Source: an uncultured Gammaproteobacteria bacterium
GTDB taxonomy: Bacteria; Pseudomonadota; Gammaproteobacteria; HyVt-429
DNA: 64,000 bases
Assembly (NCBI GenBank): GCA_947259975.1
Contig: CAMYOD010000077.1
Location: 8,473 to 72,472, forward strand
Direction: 5' to 3'
Part shown: piece after piece, positions 16,047-31,130 of the stretch
Layout: every line of letters begins with the position of its first letter
How positions within the stretch are numbered: position 1 is the first letter of the stretch
Position numbers and translations under genes: made by a program
Notes under the pieces: generated by a model
The model's input: only the letters and a program-made list of their open reading frames with translations
Told to the model about the DNA's origin: nothing
Databases searched by the model: none

Positions 16047-19000
16047 ATGCGCCTGAAGCATATCAAGCTCGCCGGCTTCAAGTCTTTCGTCGACCCTACT
16101 ATTGTCTCTGTCCCCAGCAACCTCATCGGGGTTGTCGGACCGAACGGTTGCGGCAAATCGAACATCATCGATGCCGTGCGCTGGGTCATGGGCGAGATGT
16201 CCGCCAAGAATCTGCGCGGCGAAAACATGGCGGATGTCATCTTCAGCGGATCCAATGCCCGCAAGCCGGTGGGCAAGGCCTTCGTCGAGCTGGTGTTCGA
16301 TAACAGTGAGGGCAAGGCGCCGGGACCCTACGCGCAATATGCCGAGATTGCCGTGCGCCGGGCAGTGTCCCGCGACGGTACCTCCGACTACCTCATCAAC
16401 AAAACCAAATGCCGGCGTAAGGACATTACCGACCTGTTTCTCGGCACCGGTCTGGGGCCGCGTTCCATTTCCGTCATCGAACAAGGTATGGTCACGCGTA
16501 TCATCGAAGGCAAACCCGATGACCTGCGCGCGTTCGTGGAAGAGGCGGCGGGCATTGCGCGCTACAAGGATCGTCGTCGCGACACCGAGAATCGCATTCG
16601 TCATACCCGCGAGAATCTCGAACGCGTCGAGGATATTCGTTCGGAACTCGAGTCGCAGTTACGGCGCTTGCATCGACAGTCACGGGCGGCGGCGCGTTTC
16701 AAGGAACTCAAGCAGGAAGAACGCATCATCCACGCGCAGTTGCTGGCCTTGCGCTGGAAAGATCTCGGCGCGCAGATCAACAATGAAGATGCCACACTTG
16801 CAAAACTCGAGAAGCAGCTCGAGGCGCAGCGTGCCGCGCAACGTGAGATCGAGACCCGCATCGAGGACTTGCGCCAGAAACGTACCGCGGGCACCGACCA
16901 TTTCAATACCGCGCAGGCGGCCTTCTACAGCATCGGTGCGGAGATCGCCAGCGTCGAGCAAGCCATCGAGCATGCCAAGGAAACTTATCAGCAACGTCTG
17001 CGTGAGCAGGGCGACCTGAGTAAGGCCCTAGCGCAGGCGAGCCAGCATCTGGAGGAGGACCAGACCCGCGTACAGGAACTCGACAACAACATCGTCGAGA
17101 CCGACACGCAGCTCGAAGAGCGCAGTCGCGAGGCGGAACGCACCGCGGCGCAGCGATCCGAGGTCGAGGCCAGTATGCAGCAGTGGCAGGAGGCCTGGAA
17201 TGAGTTTACCCATCGTTTCGCGCAGTCGGGCAAACAGAAGGATGTGCAGGACGCGCGCATTCAGCAGTTTGGTGAAACGGTTGCGCGCATCAAGGATCGG
17301 CAGGTTCGCTTGAACGAGGAATTCATGACCGTGGATCGTGAGCTCGCAGGCCTGGATGTCGCCGCCTTGCGTGACGAGGTGGGCAAGTTCGAACGCGCAT
17401 GCACGGTGGGTGAGTCCGCCATTACCGAGATCGAGGACAAGCTGCGCGCTACCCGCAAGGAGATCGACGAGGTTGCGGCGGTGCTGGAAGAGAGTGTTGG
17501 CAACAAGCAGGCCATCGACGGACGTCTCGGTTCGTTGCAGGAACTGCAGGCGGCATCCCGGGGCGAGCAAAATGAGGCCCTCGTCGGCTGGTTCAATGAC
17601 CGGGGGCTGGATCGTGCGCCGCGACTCACCGAGCAACTGACCGTCGCGGACGGTTGGGAGAAGGCGGTCGACCGCGTTCTGGGTACGGCCCTGGGCGCGG
17701 TGTGCGTGGACTCGGTGCAGGCAATGGTTGCCGATGTGGCGGCATTGGGTGGCGCGGACCTGTTTCTGGTCGAGCGGGGCGCGACCCACGCCGCTCCCGG
17801 CACATCGACGCGGCCGATGTTGCTCGACAAGGTGGGCGCCAATAGCGTCGACATGTCGACTCTGCTCGCCGATGTGTTTATCGCCGAGACTCTGGAGATG
17901 GCGATTTCGATGCGTCCTGGGCTGGACGGACGGGATGTGGTCGTGACCCGCGACGGCACACTGGTGGGCAAGAACTGGATCAGCCTGCTCGATCAGGAGG
18001 GTGCCAAGGCGGGCATGCTGGAACGCACCCGCGAAATCGAGCGCTTGACCGGAGAGTCGGGCGCGCTGGCCGAGGAAATCAGTGAGCTGCGCGCACGGCT
18101 GGAACGCAGCCAGGAGGTTCGCGATTCCCTCGAACTCGATCACAACGAAGAGCGCAAGCGGCTGGCGCAAGTCACCGAAGAGCGCGGTGCGGCGCAAAGC
18201 TTACTGGCGGGCGCGGAATCGCGCTCGGCCCAGTTTGAGTCACGTCGCGGACAGATCCAGGCGGAACTCGACGAATTGTTGCGCCACCTGGATCAGGATC
18301 AGCGCGATTTGGGAACGTCGCAGCAGTTGTTGCAGGCGGCGCAGTCCGATGTCGCGAACCTGGATGACGAGCGCGAGCGTCTGCAGGTGCAGCGCAATGA
18401 GCTGAGTCAGCGGCTCGACGAGGCGCGGCGTGCGGCAGGAGTAGCACGCGATGCGAAACATGCGCTGGAACTGCGGCGGCAGGAATTACAGACGGCGCTG
18501 GATTCGACCCGCGAAAGCCTCGGCCGGCTCGACGGGCAGATCAAGGGCCTGGCGACACGGCGCACCGAACTGGAACAGGCCCTGGCGCAGGGCACCAAGC
18601 CGGAAGAAGATTTAAAGTTACGCCTCGACGGGCTGCTGCAAAAGCGTGTCGATGCGGAGATGAATCTCGGCGGCGCGCGTGAAACGGTCACCAATCTCGA
18701 GGCGGAGATCGGCGACCAGGAGCAGCAGCGCGTGGGACGCGAGCAACAGGTCGAAGAAATTCGCGAGCTGGTCGAACAGGCCCGGGTGGCGCGCAAGGAG
18801 TTAAGCGTGCGCGGCGAGACGCTGGAAGAACAGATTCGCGAACTCAATGCGGATGTGCACGAGGTGTTGGCGGAGCTGCCGGAAGAGGCCAGCGAGGACG
18901 TTTGGCACGAGCAGCTGGAATCCATCGAACGTAAGATCACGCGCATCGGGCCGGTGAATCTGGTGGCGATCGAGGAATACGAAGAGCAGTCAGAGCGCAA

Positions 19001-19555
19001 AAAATACCTGGATCAGCAATTCGAAGACCTGTCCAAGGCGATGGCGATGCTCGAGGACGCCATCCGCAAGATCGATCGTGAGACCCGCACGCGTTTTAAG
19101 GAAACCTTCGATCGCATCAACACCGGGTTTCAGACATTCTTTCCGCAGTTGTTCGGCGGCGGCCACGCGACCCTGGAGCTGGTGGGTGACGATCTGTTGA
19201 ACGCCGGGGTGACGGTGATGGCGCGGCCGCCGGGTAAGCGTAACACGACGATTCATCTGTTATCCGGTGGCGAGAAGGCGTTGACCGCCATTTCCCTGAT
19301 GTTCGCCTTCTTCGATCTGAATCCGGCACCCTTTTGCCTGCTCGACGAGGTCGACGCGCCGCTCGACGATGCCAATGTGGAACGTTACTGCGATACCATC
19401 CGTAAGTTGGGTGAGAAATCGCAGATGATATTCATTACCCATAACAAGATCAGCATGGAGGCGGCCGACATTCTAATTGGTGTTACCATGTCCGAGCCCG
19501 GCGTTTCCGCTCTAGTACAGGTGGACGTGGGTCAGGCGGTCGAGCTCGCAGCGCA

Positions 19556-19559
<4 letters not shown>
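16047..19559 (+). CDS. smc: Chromosome segregation protein SMC
   Basis: GFKSF, GPNGCGKSN, coiled coils and hinge, LSGGEKAL, LDEVDAPLD. Confidence 0.97.
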
Positions 19560-23703
<4,144 letters not shown>

Positions 23704-23744
23704 TGGGTTTTCTCTCCAGGTGTGTGTAAGGCTGGGTCGCCTTG

Positions 23745-24014
23745 TTATAGTTCATCGGGCGTATAGGCCTTGATGCTCAATGCATGAATTTCACCGCGCA
23801 TTAGATCATCCAACGCCTGATAAATCATCCGGTGGCGGCTGATTTGATTCTCGCCGGCAAACCGAGCGGATACGATGGTCACGTCGAAATGGCCGCCGCC
23901 GCTCTTGGCGCCGGCGTGACCCGCATGCAGGTGGCTTTCGTCGACCACGTCCAGGCTTGCCGGGCTGAACGCCTCGCGCAGCCGGGCCGCGATGGTTTCG
24001 GCCCGGTCGTTCAC
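23745..24014 (-). CDS. bolA: BolA family protein
   Basis: [29 protein letters not shown]. Confidence 0.92.
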   Translation of the reverse strand: MNDRAETIAARLREAFSPASLDVVDESHLHAGHAGAKSGGGHFDVTIVSARFAGENQISRHRMIYQALDDLMRGEIHALSIKAYTPDEL

Positions 24015-24310
24015 GGCAGCACCTTCTTGAACGGCCGTACACTGACATCACGGTAGACGCCCGCTTGCACGTAGGGATCCGCCTGCGCCCATTCGGTGGC
24101 CTGTTCCAGGGAATCGAACTCCGCCACGATCAGACTGCCGGTAAAGCCGGCGTCCCCCGGATCGGCGGCGTCGAGCGCCGGAAAGGGGCCGGCCAGGATG
24201 AGGCGGGCCTCGTCGCGCAGTGCCGCGAGCCGCTGCAGATGCGCGGGACGCGCTTGTTTGCGCAGCTCCAGACTGGCGTCCGTGTCACGCCCGACGATGG
24301 CATACAGCAT
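24011..24310 (-). CDS. yciI: YciI family protein
   Basis: [22 protein letters not shown]. Confidence 0.92.
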   Translation of the reverse strand: MLYAIVGRDTDASLELRKQARPAHLQRLAALRDEARLILAGPFPALDAADPGDAGFTGSLIVAEFDSLEQATEWAQADPYVQAGVYRDVSVRPFKKVLP

Positions 24311-24554
24311 TGGTGGTTATTCCCAGAATCGCGGTCAATTGGCGGCGGTAAATTAAATGGTAAATCGCGGCGTGCGCACGCGGCGTCGTATTCTCGCATT
24401 CCCGTGCGGTGAGAGCAATTCACCGGCGGCGGATCGGCGAGCGTATTTTGCCCGCTTGCCGTATGGCGTTGCACTCGCCCGCGACTTCGATTAGCGTCGG
24501 CGCCGGCACGGCACGATGTACAATGAAAGACTCGAACCCAGGCGCTGCAACGCA

Positions 24555-25385
24555 ATGAGCTTACGTTACGACCTGCACAGCCACAGCATACTCTCCGACG
24601 GCACCCTCGAGGTCGCGGAGCTGGTGACGCGCGCCCATGGTAATGGCGTGGACGCCCTGGCGTTGACCGATCACGACGTCACCGCGGGCCTCGATGAGGC
24701 GGTTGAGGTTGCCGCGGCACTGGGCATGACGCTGGTTCCCGGCGTGGAGATCTCCGTGACCTGGAACCATCGCACCGTCCACGTGGTCGGGCTGCATATC
24801 GATCACTGCAATGGGGCACTACAGTCCGGCCTGGAGACGCTGCGCTCGACGCGGGATGCCCGCGCCATCGAGATCGGGGCGCGCCTGGCGGCGCGAGGCA
24901 TAGAAGGCGCTCTGGAAGGCAGTCGGCGGTTGGCCAAGGGACCGATCATCAGCCGCACCCACTTCGCCCGTTTTCTGGTGGCGGCCGGCCATGCCAAGGA
25001 TCTGCGCCAGGCCTTCAAGCGCTACATGAGCGATCACGCCCCCGCGGCGGTGGCCGGTCAGTGGGCGACATTGGCGGAGGCGGTCGGCTGGATCACCGGC
25101 GCCGGCGGTCAGGCGGTGATCGCGCATCCGGGCCGGTATAAGTTGGGTCGCGACAAGCTCATGGGCCTGTGCGACGAATTTATTGCTTGCGGCGGCACCG
25201 GTATCGAGGTGGTCTGCGGTAGCCATGGACCGAAAGACTACACACGCTTCGCGCAAGTGGCACAGGAGACCGGCTTGCGGGCATCGGTGGGCTCGGATTA
25301 CCACGGTCCGGAACAGGTCTGGCTGGACCTGGGTAAACTGGCGCCACTGCCACCGGGCTGCACGCCCATCTGGGCGGACTGGTAG
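24555..25385 (+). CDS. PHP-domain phosphoesterase (YciV/TrpH-like)
   Basis: DLHSHS..SDG, LTDHD, GVEIS, AHPGRY, GSDYHG. Confidence 0.9.
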   Translation: MSLRYDLHSHSILSDGTLEVAELVTRAHGNGVDALALTDHDVTAGLDEAVEVAAALGMTLVPGVEISVTWNHRTVHVVGLHIDHCNGALQSGLETLRSTRDARAIEIGARLAARGIEGALEGSRRLAKGPIISRTHFARFLVAAGHAKDLRQAFKRYMSDHAPAAVAGQWATLAEAVGWITGAGGQAVIAHPGRYKLGRDKLMGLCDEFIACGGTGIEVVCGSHGPKDYTRFAQVAQETGLRASVGSDYHGPEQVWLDLGKLAPLPPGCTPIWADW

Positions 25386-25397
25386 CGCGGCAGCATA

Positions 25398-26021
25398 ATG
25401 GCCCAGTATTTTCAGATTCACCCGGTCAACCCGCAGCTGCGTCTGATCAAGCGCGCCGCGGACATCATTCGTGACGGCGGCGTGATCGCGTATCCGACCG
25501 ACTCGAGTTATGCGTTGGGCTGTCATATCGGCGACAAACAGGCCCTGGAGCGAATCCGGCGTATTCGCCGGGTCGGCGACAGGCACAATTTCACCTTGAT
25601 GTGCCGCGACCTGTCCGAGCTGGCCTTGTATGCGAAGGTCAGTAACGAGATCTTTCGCCTGCTCAAGGCGCACACCCCCGGTTCCTATACCTTCATCCTC
25701 GAGGCCACCCGCGAGGTGCCGCGACGGTTGCAGAATCCCCGGCGCAAGACCATCGGGCTGCGGGTGCCGGACCATCCGATCACCCTGGCGCTGCTGGCGG
25801 AGTTAGGCGAGCCGATGATGAGTTCGACCTTGATTCTGCCCGGCGAGGACATGCCGGTGAGCGATCCTGAACAGGTGCGCGCACGCCTCGAGCATGATGT
25901 CGACGCGGTGGTCGATGCCGGGGCCTGTGGAGTCGAGCCCACGACGGTGGTGGATCTGGTCTCCGGCGTGCCGGTGGTGACGCGGCAGGGGCGCGGTGAT
26001 GCGGCACCCTTCGCGGCGTAA
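25398..26021 (+). CDS. yciO: Sua5/YciO/YrdC family protein
   Basis: YPTDSSYALGC, HNFTLMCRDLS, TIGLRVP. Confidence 0.9.
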   Translation: MAQYFQIHPVNPQLRLIKRAADIIRDGGVIAYPTDSSYALGCHIGDKQALERIRRIRRVGDRHNFTLMCRDLSELALYAKVSNEIFRLLKAHTPGSYTFILEATREVPRRLQNPRRKTIGLRVPDHPITLALLAELGEPMMSSTLILPGEDMPVSDPEQVRARLEHDVDAVVDAGACGVEPTTVVDLVSGVPVVTRQGRGDAAPFAA

Positions 26022-26074
26022 GGCCCGGCCTGGCGCCTCTGCCGAGGACCCCCTGGAACTGATATAATTCGCCG

Positions 26075-26725
26075 ATGCCGGAACTGACTCTCGTCCAGAA
26101 AATCGCCGTCTGGGTTTTGCCCGTCTTATTTGCCATCACCGTCCACGAAGTTGCCCACGGCTGGGCCGCAAAGCGGCTTGGCGACCCGACCGCCGACCGC
26201 CTCGGCCGGCTGACCCTGAATCCCATCAAGCACGTCGACCCCATGGGAACCGTGGTGCTGCCGTTGCTGCTGTTGGTGCTCTCGAGCCCGTTTATTTTCG
26301 GTTGGGCGAAGCCGGTGCCGGTGACCTGGCAGAATCTGCGCCATCCGAAACGGGACATGATCCTGGTCGCGGCGGCAGGACCGGGGGCCAATCTGTTGAT
26401 GGCGGCGGGCTGGGCGCTGGTGATCAAGCTGGCCGGCCTGTTTCCGGAATCGGTGGCCTTGCCGCTGATCTACATGGGCAGCGCCGGGATCCTGATTAAC
26501 GCGGTGTTGATGATCTTGAACATGCTGCCGATTCCGCCGCTCGACGGTGGCCGCGTATTGTCCGGCCTGTTGCCCGGGCCGCTGGCCTGGCAACTGAATC
26601 GCGTGGAACCCTATGGATTGATTATCTTGATCGTACTGCTCGCAACGGGCCTGCTCGGCAAGATTATGGGGCCGATATTCGGGGCATTCGTCGATGGATT
26701 GACGCGCCTGTTTGGGATTCGTTGA
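26075..26725 (+). CDS. Site-2 protease family (M50)
   Basis: HEVAH, AGPGAN, NMLPIPPLDGG. Confidence 0.92.
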   Translation: MPELTLVQKIAVWVLPVLFAITVHEVAHGWAAKRLGDPTADRLGRLTLNPIKHVDPMGTVVLPLLLLVLSSPFIFGWAKPVPVTWQNLRHPKRDMILVAAAGPGANLLMAAGWALVIKLAGLFPESVALPLIYMGSAGILINAVLMILNMLPIPPLDGGRVLSGLLPGPLAWQLNRVEPYGLIILIVLLATGLLGKIMGPIFGAFVDGLTRLFGIR

Positions 26726-26765
26726 GAGAACTTAAAGTGAAGATGCTTGCAGGGGTGGACCGCTG

Positions 26766-27980
26766 ATGGCGGCCGGTGGACAGGTACAACGTGTGCTTTC
26801 CGGAATGCGGCCGACGGGCGCGCTGCATCTGGGACACTATCATGGTGTACTCAAGAACTGGATTCAGTTACAGCACGAGTACGAGTGTTTCTTTTTTGTT
26901 GCCGACTGGCATGCGCTCACCACCCATTACAACGAGCCCCACGTCATCAAGGATCACGTCTGGGATATCGTGGTGGATTGGCTGGCCGCCGGTATCGATC
27001 CGGGCAACGCGACCCTGTTCTTGCAATCCATGGTGCCGGAACACGCAGAGCTGCATCTGCTGTTGTCCATGTTTACACCGCTGGGCTGGCTCGAGCGGGT
27101 GCCGAGCTACAAGGATCAACAGGACAAGTTGCAGGAACGGGACCTGGCGACCTACGGCTTTCTTGGCTACCCGTTGCTGCAGGGCGCCGATATCATGATC
27201 TATCGGGCCGATGCGGTGCCGGTGGGTGAGGACCAGGTGCCGCACGTGGAATTGACCCGCGAGATCGCGCGGCGCTTTAATTTTCTCTACGGGCGCGATG
27301 CGGGTTTCGAGGAAAAGGCCGAGAACGCCATCACCAAACTGGGCAAGAAGGCGGCCCGGCTGTATCGCGAGCGACGCACGGCTTATGTGGAGCGCGGCGA
27401 CCACGAGGCCCTGGAAAAGGCCCACGCCCTGCTGGAAGAACAGCAGAATCTCAGTATCGGTGATAAAGAGCGCCTCTATGGCTACCTGGAGGGCGGCGGG
27501 AAGCTTATACTGCGCGAGCCGGAGGCGTTGCTGACCGAGGCCTCCAAGGTACCGGGTCTGGACGGGCAGAAGATGTCGAAGTCGTATGGCAATACTATCG
27601 CGCTGCGCGACGATCCCAAGCGGGTGGAAAAGGAGTTGCGCGCCATGCCCACCGATCCGGCACGGGTGCGGCGCAACGACCCGGGCGATCCGGACAAGTG
27701 CCCGGTCTGGCAGTTGCATCAGATTTATACCGATGCGGACGTGCATACCTGGGTGCAAGAGGGCTGTCGCAGCGCCGGTATCGGTTGCGTGGAGTGTAAG
27801 CAGCCCTTGATCGAAAGGATTCTCGCGGAACAAAAAGAAATGCATGATCGCGCGGCGATATATATAGAGGACCCGACCCTGGTACGTAACATCATCGCCG
27901 ATGGCTGTGAACGGGCGCGGGACGTGGCGGAGGAGACGCTCGTCGAAGTGCGCCGCTGCATGGGGCTGGACTATTCCTGA
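26766..27980 (+). CDS. trpS: Tryptophanyl-tRNA synthetase
   Basis: SGMRPTG..HLGH, VPVGEDQ, KMSKS. Confidence 0.96.
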   Translation: MAAGGQVQRVLSGMRPTGALHLGHYHGVLKNWIQLQHEYECFFFVADWHALTTHYNEPHVIKDHVWDIVVDWLAAGIDPGNATLFLQSMVPEHAELHLLLSMFTPLGWLERVPSYKDQQDKLQERDLATYGFLGYPLLQGADIMIYRADAVPVGEDQVPHVELTREIARRFNFLYGRDAGFEEKAENAITKLGKKAARLYRERRTAYVERGDHEALEKAHALLEEQQNLSIGDKERLYGYLEGGGKLILREPEALLTEASKVPGLDGQKMSKSYGNTIALRDDPKRVEKELRAMPTDPARVRRNDPGDPDKCPVWQLHQIYTDADVHTWVQEGCRSAGIGCVECKQPLIERILAEQKEMHDRAAIYIEDPTLVRNIIADGCERARDVAEETLVEVRRCMGLDYS

Positions 27981-28777
27981 TGGAAGCGCCACAGCAAAAA
28001 GAGATGCCCATTGCCGTGGTCAACGGCGAGGCCGTCGCCGAGCCGCCGCAGGATTTGTATATCCCGCCGGACGCCATGGAGGTGTTCCTGGAGAGCTTCG
28101 AGGGCCCGCTCGACCTCTTGCTCTATCTGATCCGCAAGCAGAATCTCGACATCCTCGACATCCCAGTCGCGGAGATCACGCGCCAGTATGTGGAGTACAT
28201 CGAACTGATGCGACTCGTAAAACTCGACCTGGCGGCGGAGTACATGGTGATGGCCGCGATCCTGGGCGAGATCAAATCGCGCATGTTGTTGCCACGGCCG
28301 GTAGAAGAGGGCGAGGAAGAGGACGATCCGCGCATGCAACTGGTGCGGCGGCTGCAGGAATACGAGCGCTACCGCAAGGCGGCGATGGATATGGAGACCT
28401 TGCCGCGGGTCGGGCGCGATGTCTTTGTCGCCGGCGCCTACGCTGACGCCGAAAAGGTGCCGCGACCGCAGCCGAAGGTCAATCTGATGGAGTTGTTCGA
28501 TGTATTTCGCGAAGTCCTCGCGCGCGCGGAAAAATTCCGCCATTGGCAGGTGGACCGCGAAACACTTTCCGTGCGCGAACGGATGACGCAGGTGTTGGCA
28601 CGCCTCGAAAGCAATGCTGATTTCGTGCGTTTCGAGTCCCTGTTCGATCCTACCGAGGGGCGTATGGGCGTGGTGGTGACCTTTATCGCGATCCTCGAAC
28701 TGATCAAGGATCAATTACTCACCTTGGTCCAGAGCGAGGCGTTCGCGCCGATTCATGTGAAGTTGACGACATCATGA
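27980..28777 (+). CDS. scpA: Segregation and condensation protein A
   Basis: FEGPLDLLLYLI, IKSRMLLP, VVTFIAILEL. Confidence 0.95.
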   Translation: MEAPQQKEMPIAVVNGEAVAEPPQDLYIPPDAMEVFLESFEGPLDLLLYLIRKQNLDILDIPVAEITRQYVEYIELMRLVKLDLAAEYMVMAAILGEIKSRMLLPRPVEEGEEEDDPRMQLVRRLQEYERYRKAAMDMETLPRVGRDVFVAGAYADAEKVPRPQPKVNLMELFDVFREVLARAEKFRHWQVDRETLSVRERMTQVLARLESNADFVRFESLFDPTEGRMGVVVTFIAILELIKDQLLTLVQSEAFAPIHVKLTTS

Positions 28778-29601
28778 CGGATGAGCAAAAGAAACTGAAG
28801 AATATCGTCGAGGCTGCTTTGTTAGTGGCCCAGGAGCCCTTGAGCGTCGATCGCCTGGTGGCGCTGTTTCCGAAGGACGCGCGTCCGGAACGGGCCGCGA
28901 TCCGTGAATTGATCGAGCAGCTCGTGACCGACTACGAAGGCCGCGGCATCGAACTCAAACGCATCGACACCGGCTACCGCTTTCAGTCCCGCGATGAGTA
29001 CCTGCCGTGGTTGAAGCATCTGTGGGAAGGGCGCCCGCCACGCTATTCCCGCGCGATGCTCGAAACCCTGGCCATCATCGCTTACCGGCAACCGGTCACC
29101 CGCGGTGAGATCGAGGAGATCCGTGGTGTGAGCGTCAGTTCCGATATTGTGCGCACCCTGATGGAGCGCGGCTGGGTACGGGAAGTGGGTTTTCGCGATG
29201 TGCCCGGACGCCCGGCCCTGCTGGGTACGGCACGGGAATTTCTGGAACATTTCAACCTCAAGAGCCTGAGCGAGTTACCCTCGCTTGCGGACATTCGTGA
29301 TCCCGGCGACATCGCCGCGGACTTGAATCTGAGTCTGAATTTCGATCAAGCGGACGCCGCTGAAGCGAGTACGGAAGACGAACAAGCGGCGACGGAAGGC
29401 GACGCGGCGGCGGTCGCCGCGGACCCGGCCGCGCCGGCGGAGACCGCAATGGATGAGGCAAGCACGACCGCGGCCGACGCAGACGCTGAAGCCGACACCG
29501 ATGCGGTAAGCGAGGCCGACACGGACGAGGTGTCCAGCGCGTCCGCCGACGAACCCAACGAGCACGAAAAAGTCGAGGTCGCCGCCGTCTCACATGAGTG
29601 A
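28774..29601 (+). CDS. scpB: Segregation and condensation protein B with acidic C-terminal tail
   Basis: LETLAIIAYRQPVTRGEIEEIRGV, PGRP. Confidence 0.95.
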   Translation: MTDEQKKLKNIVEAALLVAQEPLSVDRLVALFPKDARPERAAIRELIEQLVTDYEGRGIELKRIDTGYRFQSRDEYLPWLKHLWEGRPPRYSRAMLETLAIIAYRQPVTRGEIEEIRGVSVSSDIVRTLMERGWVREVGFRDVPGRPALLGTAREFLEHFNLKSLSELPSLADIRDPGDIAADLNLSLNFDQADAAEASTEDEQAATEGDAAAVAADPAAPAETAMDEASTTAADADAEADTDAVSEADTDEVSSASADEPNEHEKVEVAAVSHE

Positions 29602-30409
29602 GAAGCTGCAGAAGGTGCTGGCCCGGGCCGGCATCGGATCGCGCCGCGAAATGGAACGTTGGATCGAGCAGGGCCGGATCACCGTCGATGGCCAGGCCGC
29701 GAGCATTGGCGCCCGTGTCACCGAAGGTCAACAGATCCGCGTCGACGGACGCCCACTCACCGCGCAGCGCACCCAGCCGGCACGTCGCCGCGTCATTGCC
29801 TACCACAAACCCGAGGGCGAGGTGTGTACCCGCAAGGATCCGGAGGGTCGGCCGACGGTCTTCGACGGTCTGCCGCGCATCAAACATGGGCGCTGGGTCG
29901 CGGTCGGGCGGCTCGACATCAATACCTCCGGGCTGCTGCTGTTTACCAACGACGGCGAACTGGCCAATCGTCTGATGCACCCCCGTCATGAGATCAAGCG
30001 CGAATACGCCGTGCGCGTGCTCGGCCAGGTATCGCAAGAGACGTTGGCACGTCTGCGCAGCGGCGTCATGCTGGACGACGGCCCGGCACAGTTCGACAAG
30101 ATTCGCGATGCCGGCGGCAGCGGCCGCAATCATTGGTATCACGTCACCCTGCATGAAGGTCGTAACCGGGAGGTGCGGCGCATGTGGGAGGCGGTGGGCG
30201 CGCAAGTCAGCCGGCTGATCCGCATTCGCTTCGGTGAACTGGCCTTGCCGCGCGCGCTGCGCGCCGGCCGTAGCATGGAGCTGGGCGAGAAGGACGTGAA
30301 CCGTTTCGCGACCCTGGCCGGACTGGGGCGCGCAACCCCGTCGCGACCGGGCGCTAACCGGCGCCGTCATGGCCGGGCTGCGGCGACGCGAAAGTCACGT
30401 CGTGCATGA
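29594..30409 (+). CDS. rluB: 23S rRNA pseudouridine synthase RluB
   Basis: S4 domain LQKVLA, GRLDINTSGL, EGRNREVRR; follows scpAB. Confidence 0.9.
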   Translation: MSEKLQKVLARAGIGSRREMERWIEQGRITVDGQAASIGARVTEGQQIRVDGRPLTAQRTQPARRRVIAYHKPEGEVCTRKDPEGRPTVFDGLPRIKHGRWVAVGRLDINTSGLLLFTNDGELANRLMHPRHEIKREYAVRVLGQVSQETLARLRSGVMLDDGPAQFDKIRDAGGSGRNHWYHVTLHEGRNREVRRMWEAVGAQVSRLIRIRFGELALPRALRAGRSMELGEKDVNRFATLAGLGRATPSRPGANRRRHGRAAATRKSRRA

Positions 30410-31083
30410 ACCTGGCGCGGCGTCGCCTGCAAGGCATCTTCGATCGATTGTTGCGCGCGCATGGCCCGCAACAGTGGTGGCCCGGCGAGAGCGTGTTCGA
30501 GATCATGGTCGGCGCGGTGCTGACCCAGAACACCGCCTGGCGAAACGTCGCCCGCGCGATCGATAATCTGCGGCGTGCCGAGGCCTTGCATCCGGCGGCA
30601 CTGCTTGCGGTACATCCGCGCCGGCTCGCAACCTACCTGCAGCCGTCCGGCTACTTTAACGTCAAGGCAAAACGCGTACGCGCCATGACCCGGTGGCTGC
30701 TTGATGCGGGCGGTACTGCCGCGATCACGCGCTGGCCGACCGTGCGTCTGCGCGCGGCGTTGCTCGCGGTGCATGGCATCGGGCCGGAAACCGCCGATGA
30801 TATACTGCTGTATGCCTTCAATCGGCCGGTGTTTGTGATCGATGCGTATACGCGGCGCATTTTCTCACGTCTTGGATTGGTTTCCGGGCAGGAGGGTTAT
30901 GAGACATTGCGCGCGGCATTCGAAGCCGCACTGCCGCCGGACGCGGCCGTGTATAACGAATACCACGCACTGATCGTCGCGCACGGCAAGGACGTGTGCC
31001 GGGTGCGACCCTGTTGCGAGACCTGTGTGCTGCGGCGCGGTTGCCGGTATGCGCGTAGCGGCGCCCGATTGTCGGACAGCTGA
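30406..31083 (+). CDS. Endonuclease III-related HhH-GPD protein
   Basis: GAVLTQNTAW, GIGPETADDILLYA, IDAYTRR, C-terminal Cys cluster. Confidence 0.85.
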   Translation: MNLARRRLQGIFDRLLRAHGPQQWWPGESVFEIMVGAVLTQNTAWRNVARAIDNLRRAEALHPAALLAVHPRRLATYLQPSGYFNVKAKRVRAMTRWLLDAGGTAAITRWPTVRLRAALLAVHGIGPETADDILLYAFNRPVFVIDAYTRRIFSRLGLVSGQEGYETLRAAFEAALPPDAAVYNEYHALIVAHGKDVCRVRPCCETCVLRRGCRYARSGARLSDS

Positions 31084-31130
31084 CACGTCATCAAACGCTA
31101 TGAACTGCAACATGAATCGCTGCGCCGTTT

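Noticed and set aside
27290..27500. Insertion in TrpS
   Set aside because: About 400-aa TrpS with this helical insert is common in proteobacteria; no intein motifs are present.
29340..29601. Acidic Ala/Asp/Glu-rich ScpB tail
   Set aside because: Low-complexity tails are common in ScpB proteins.
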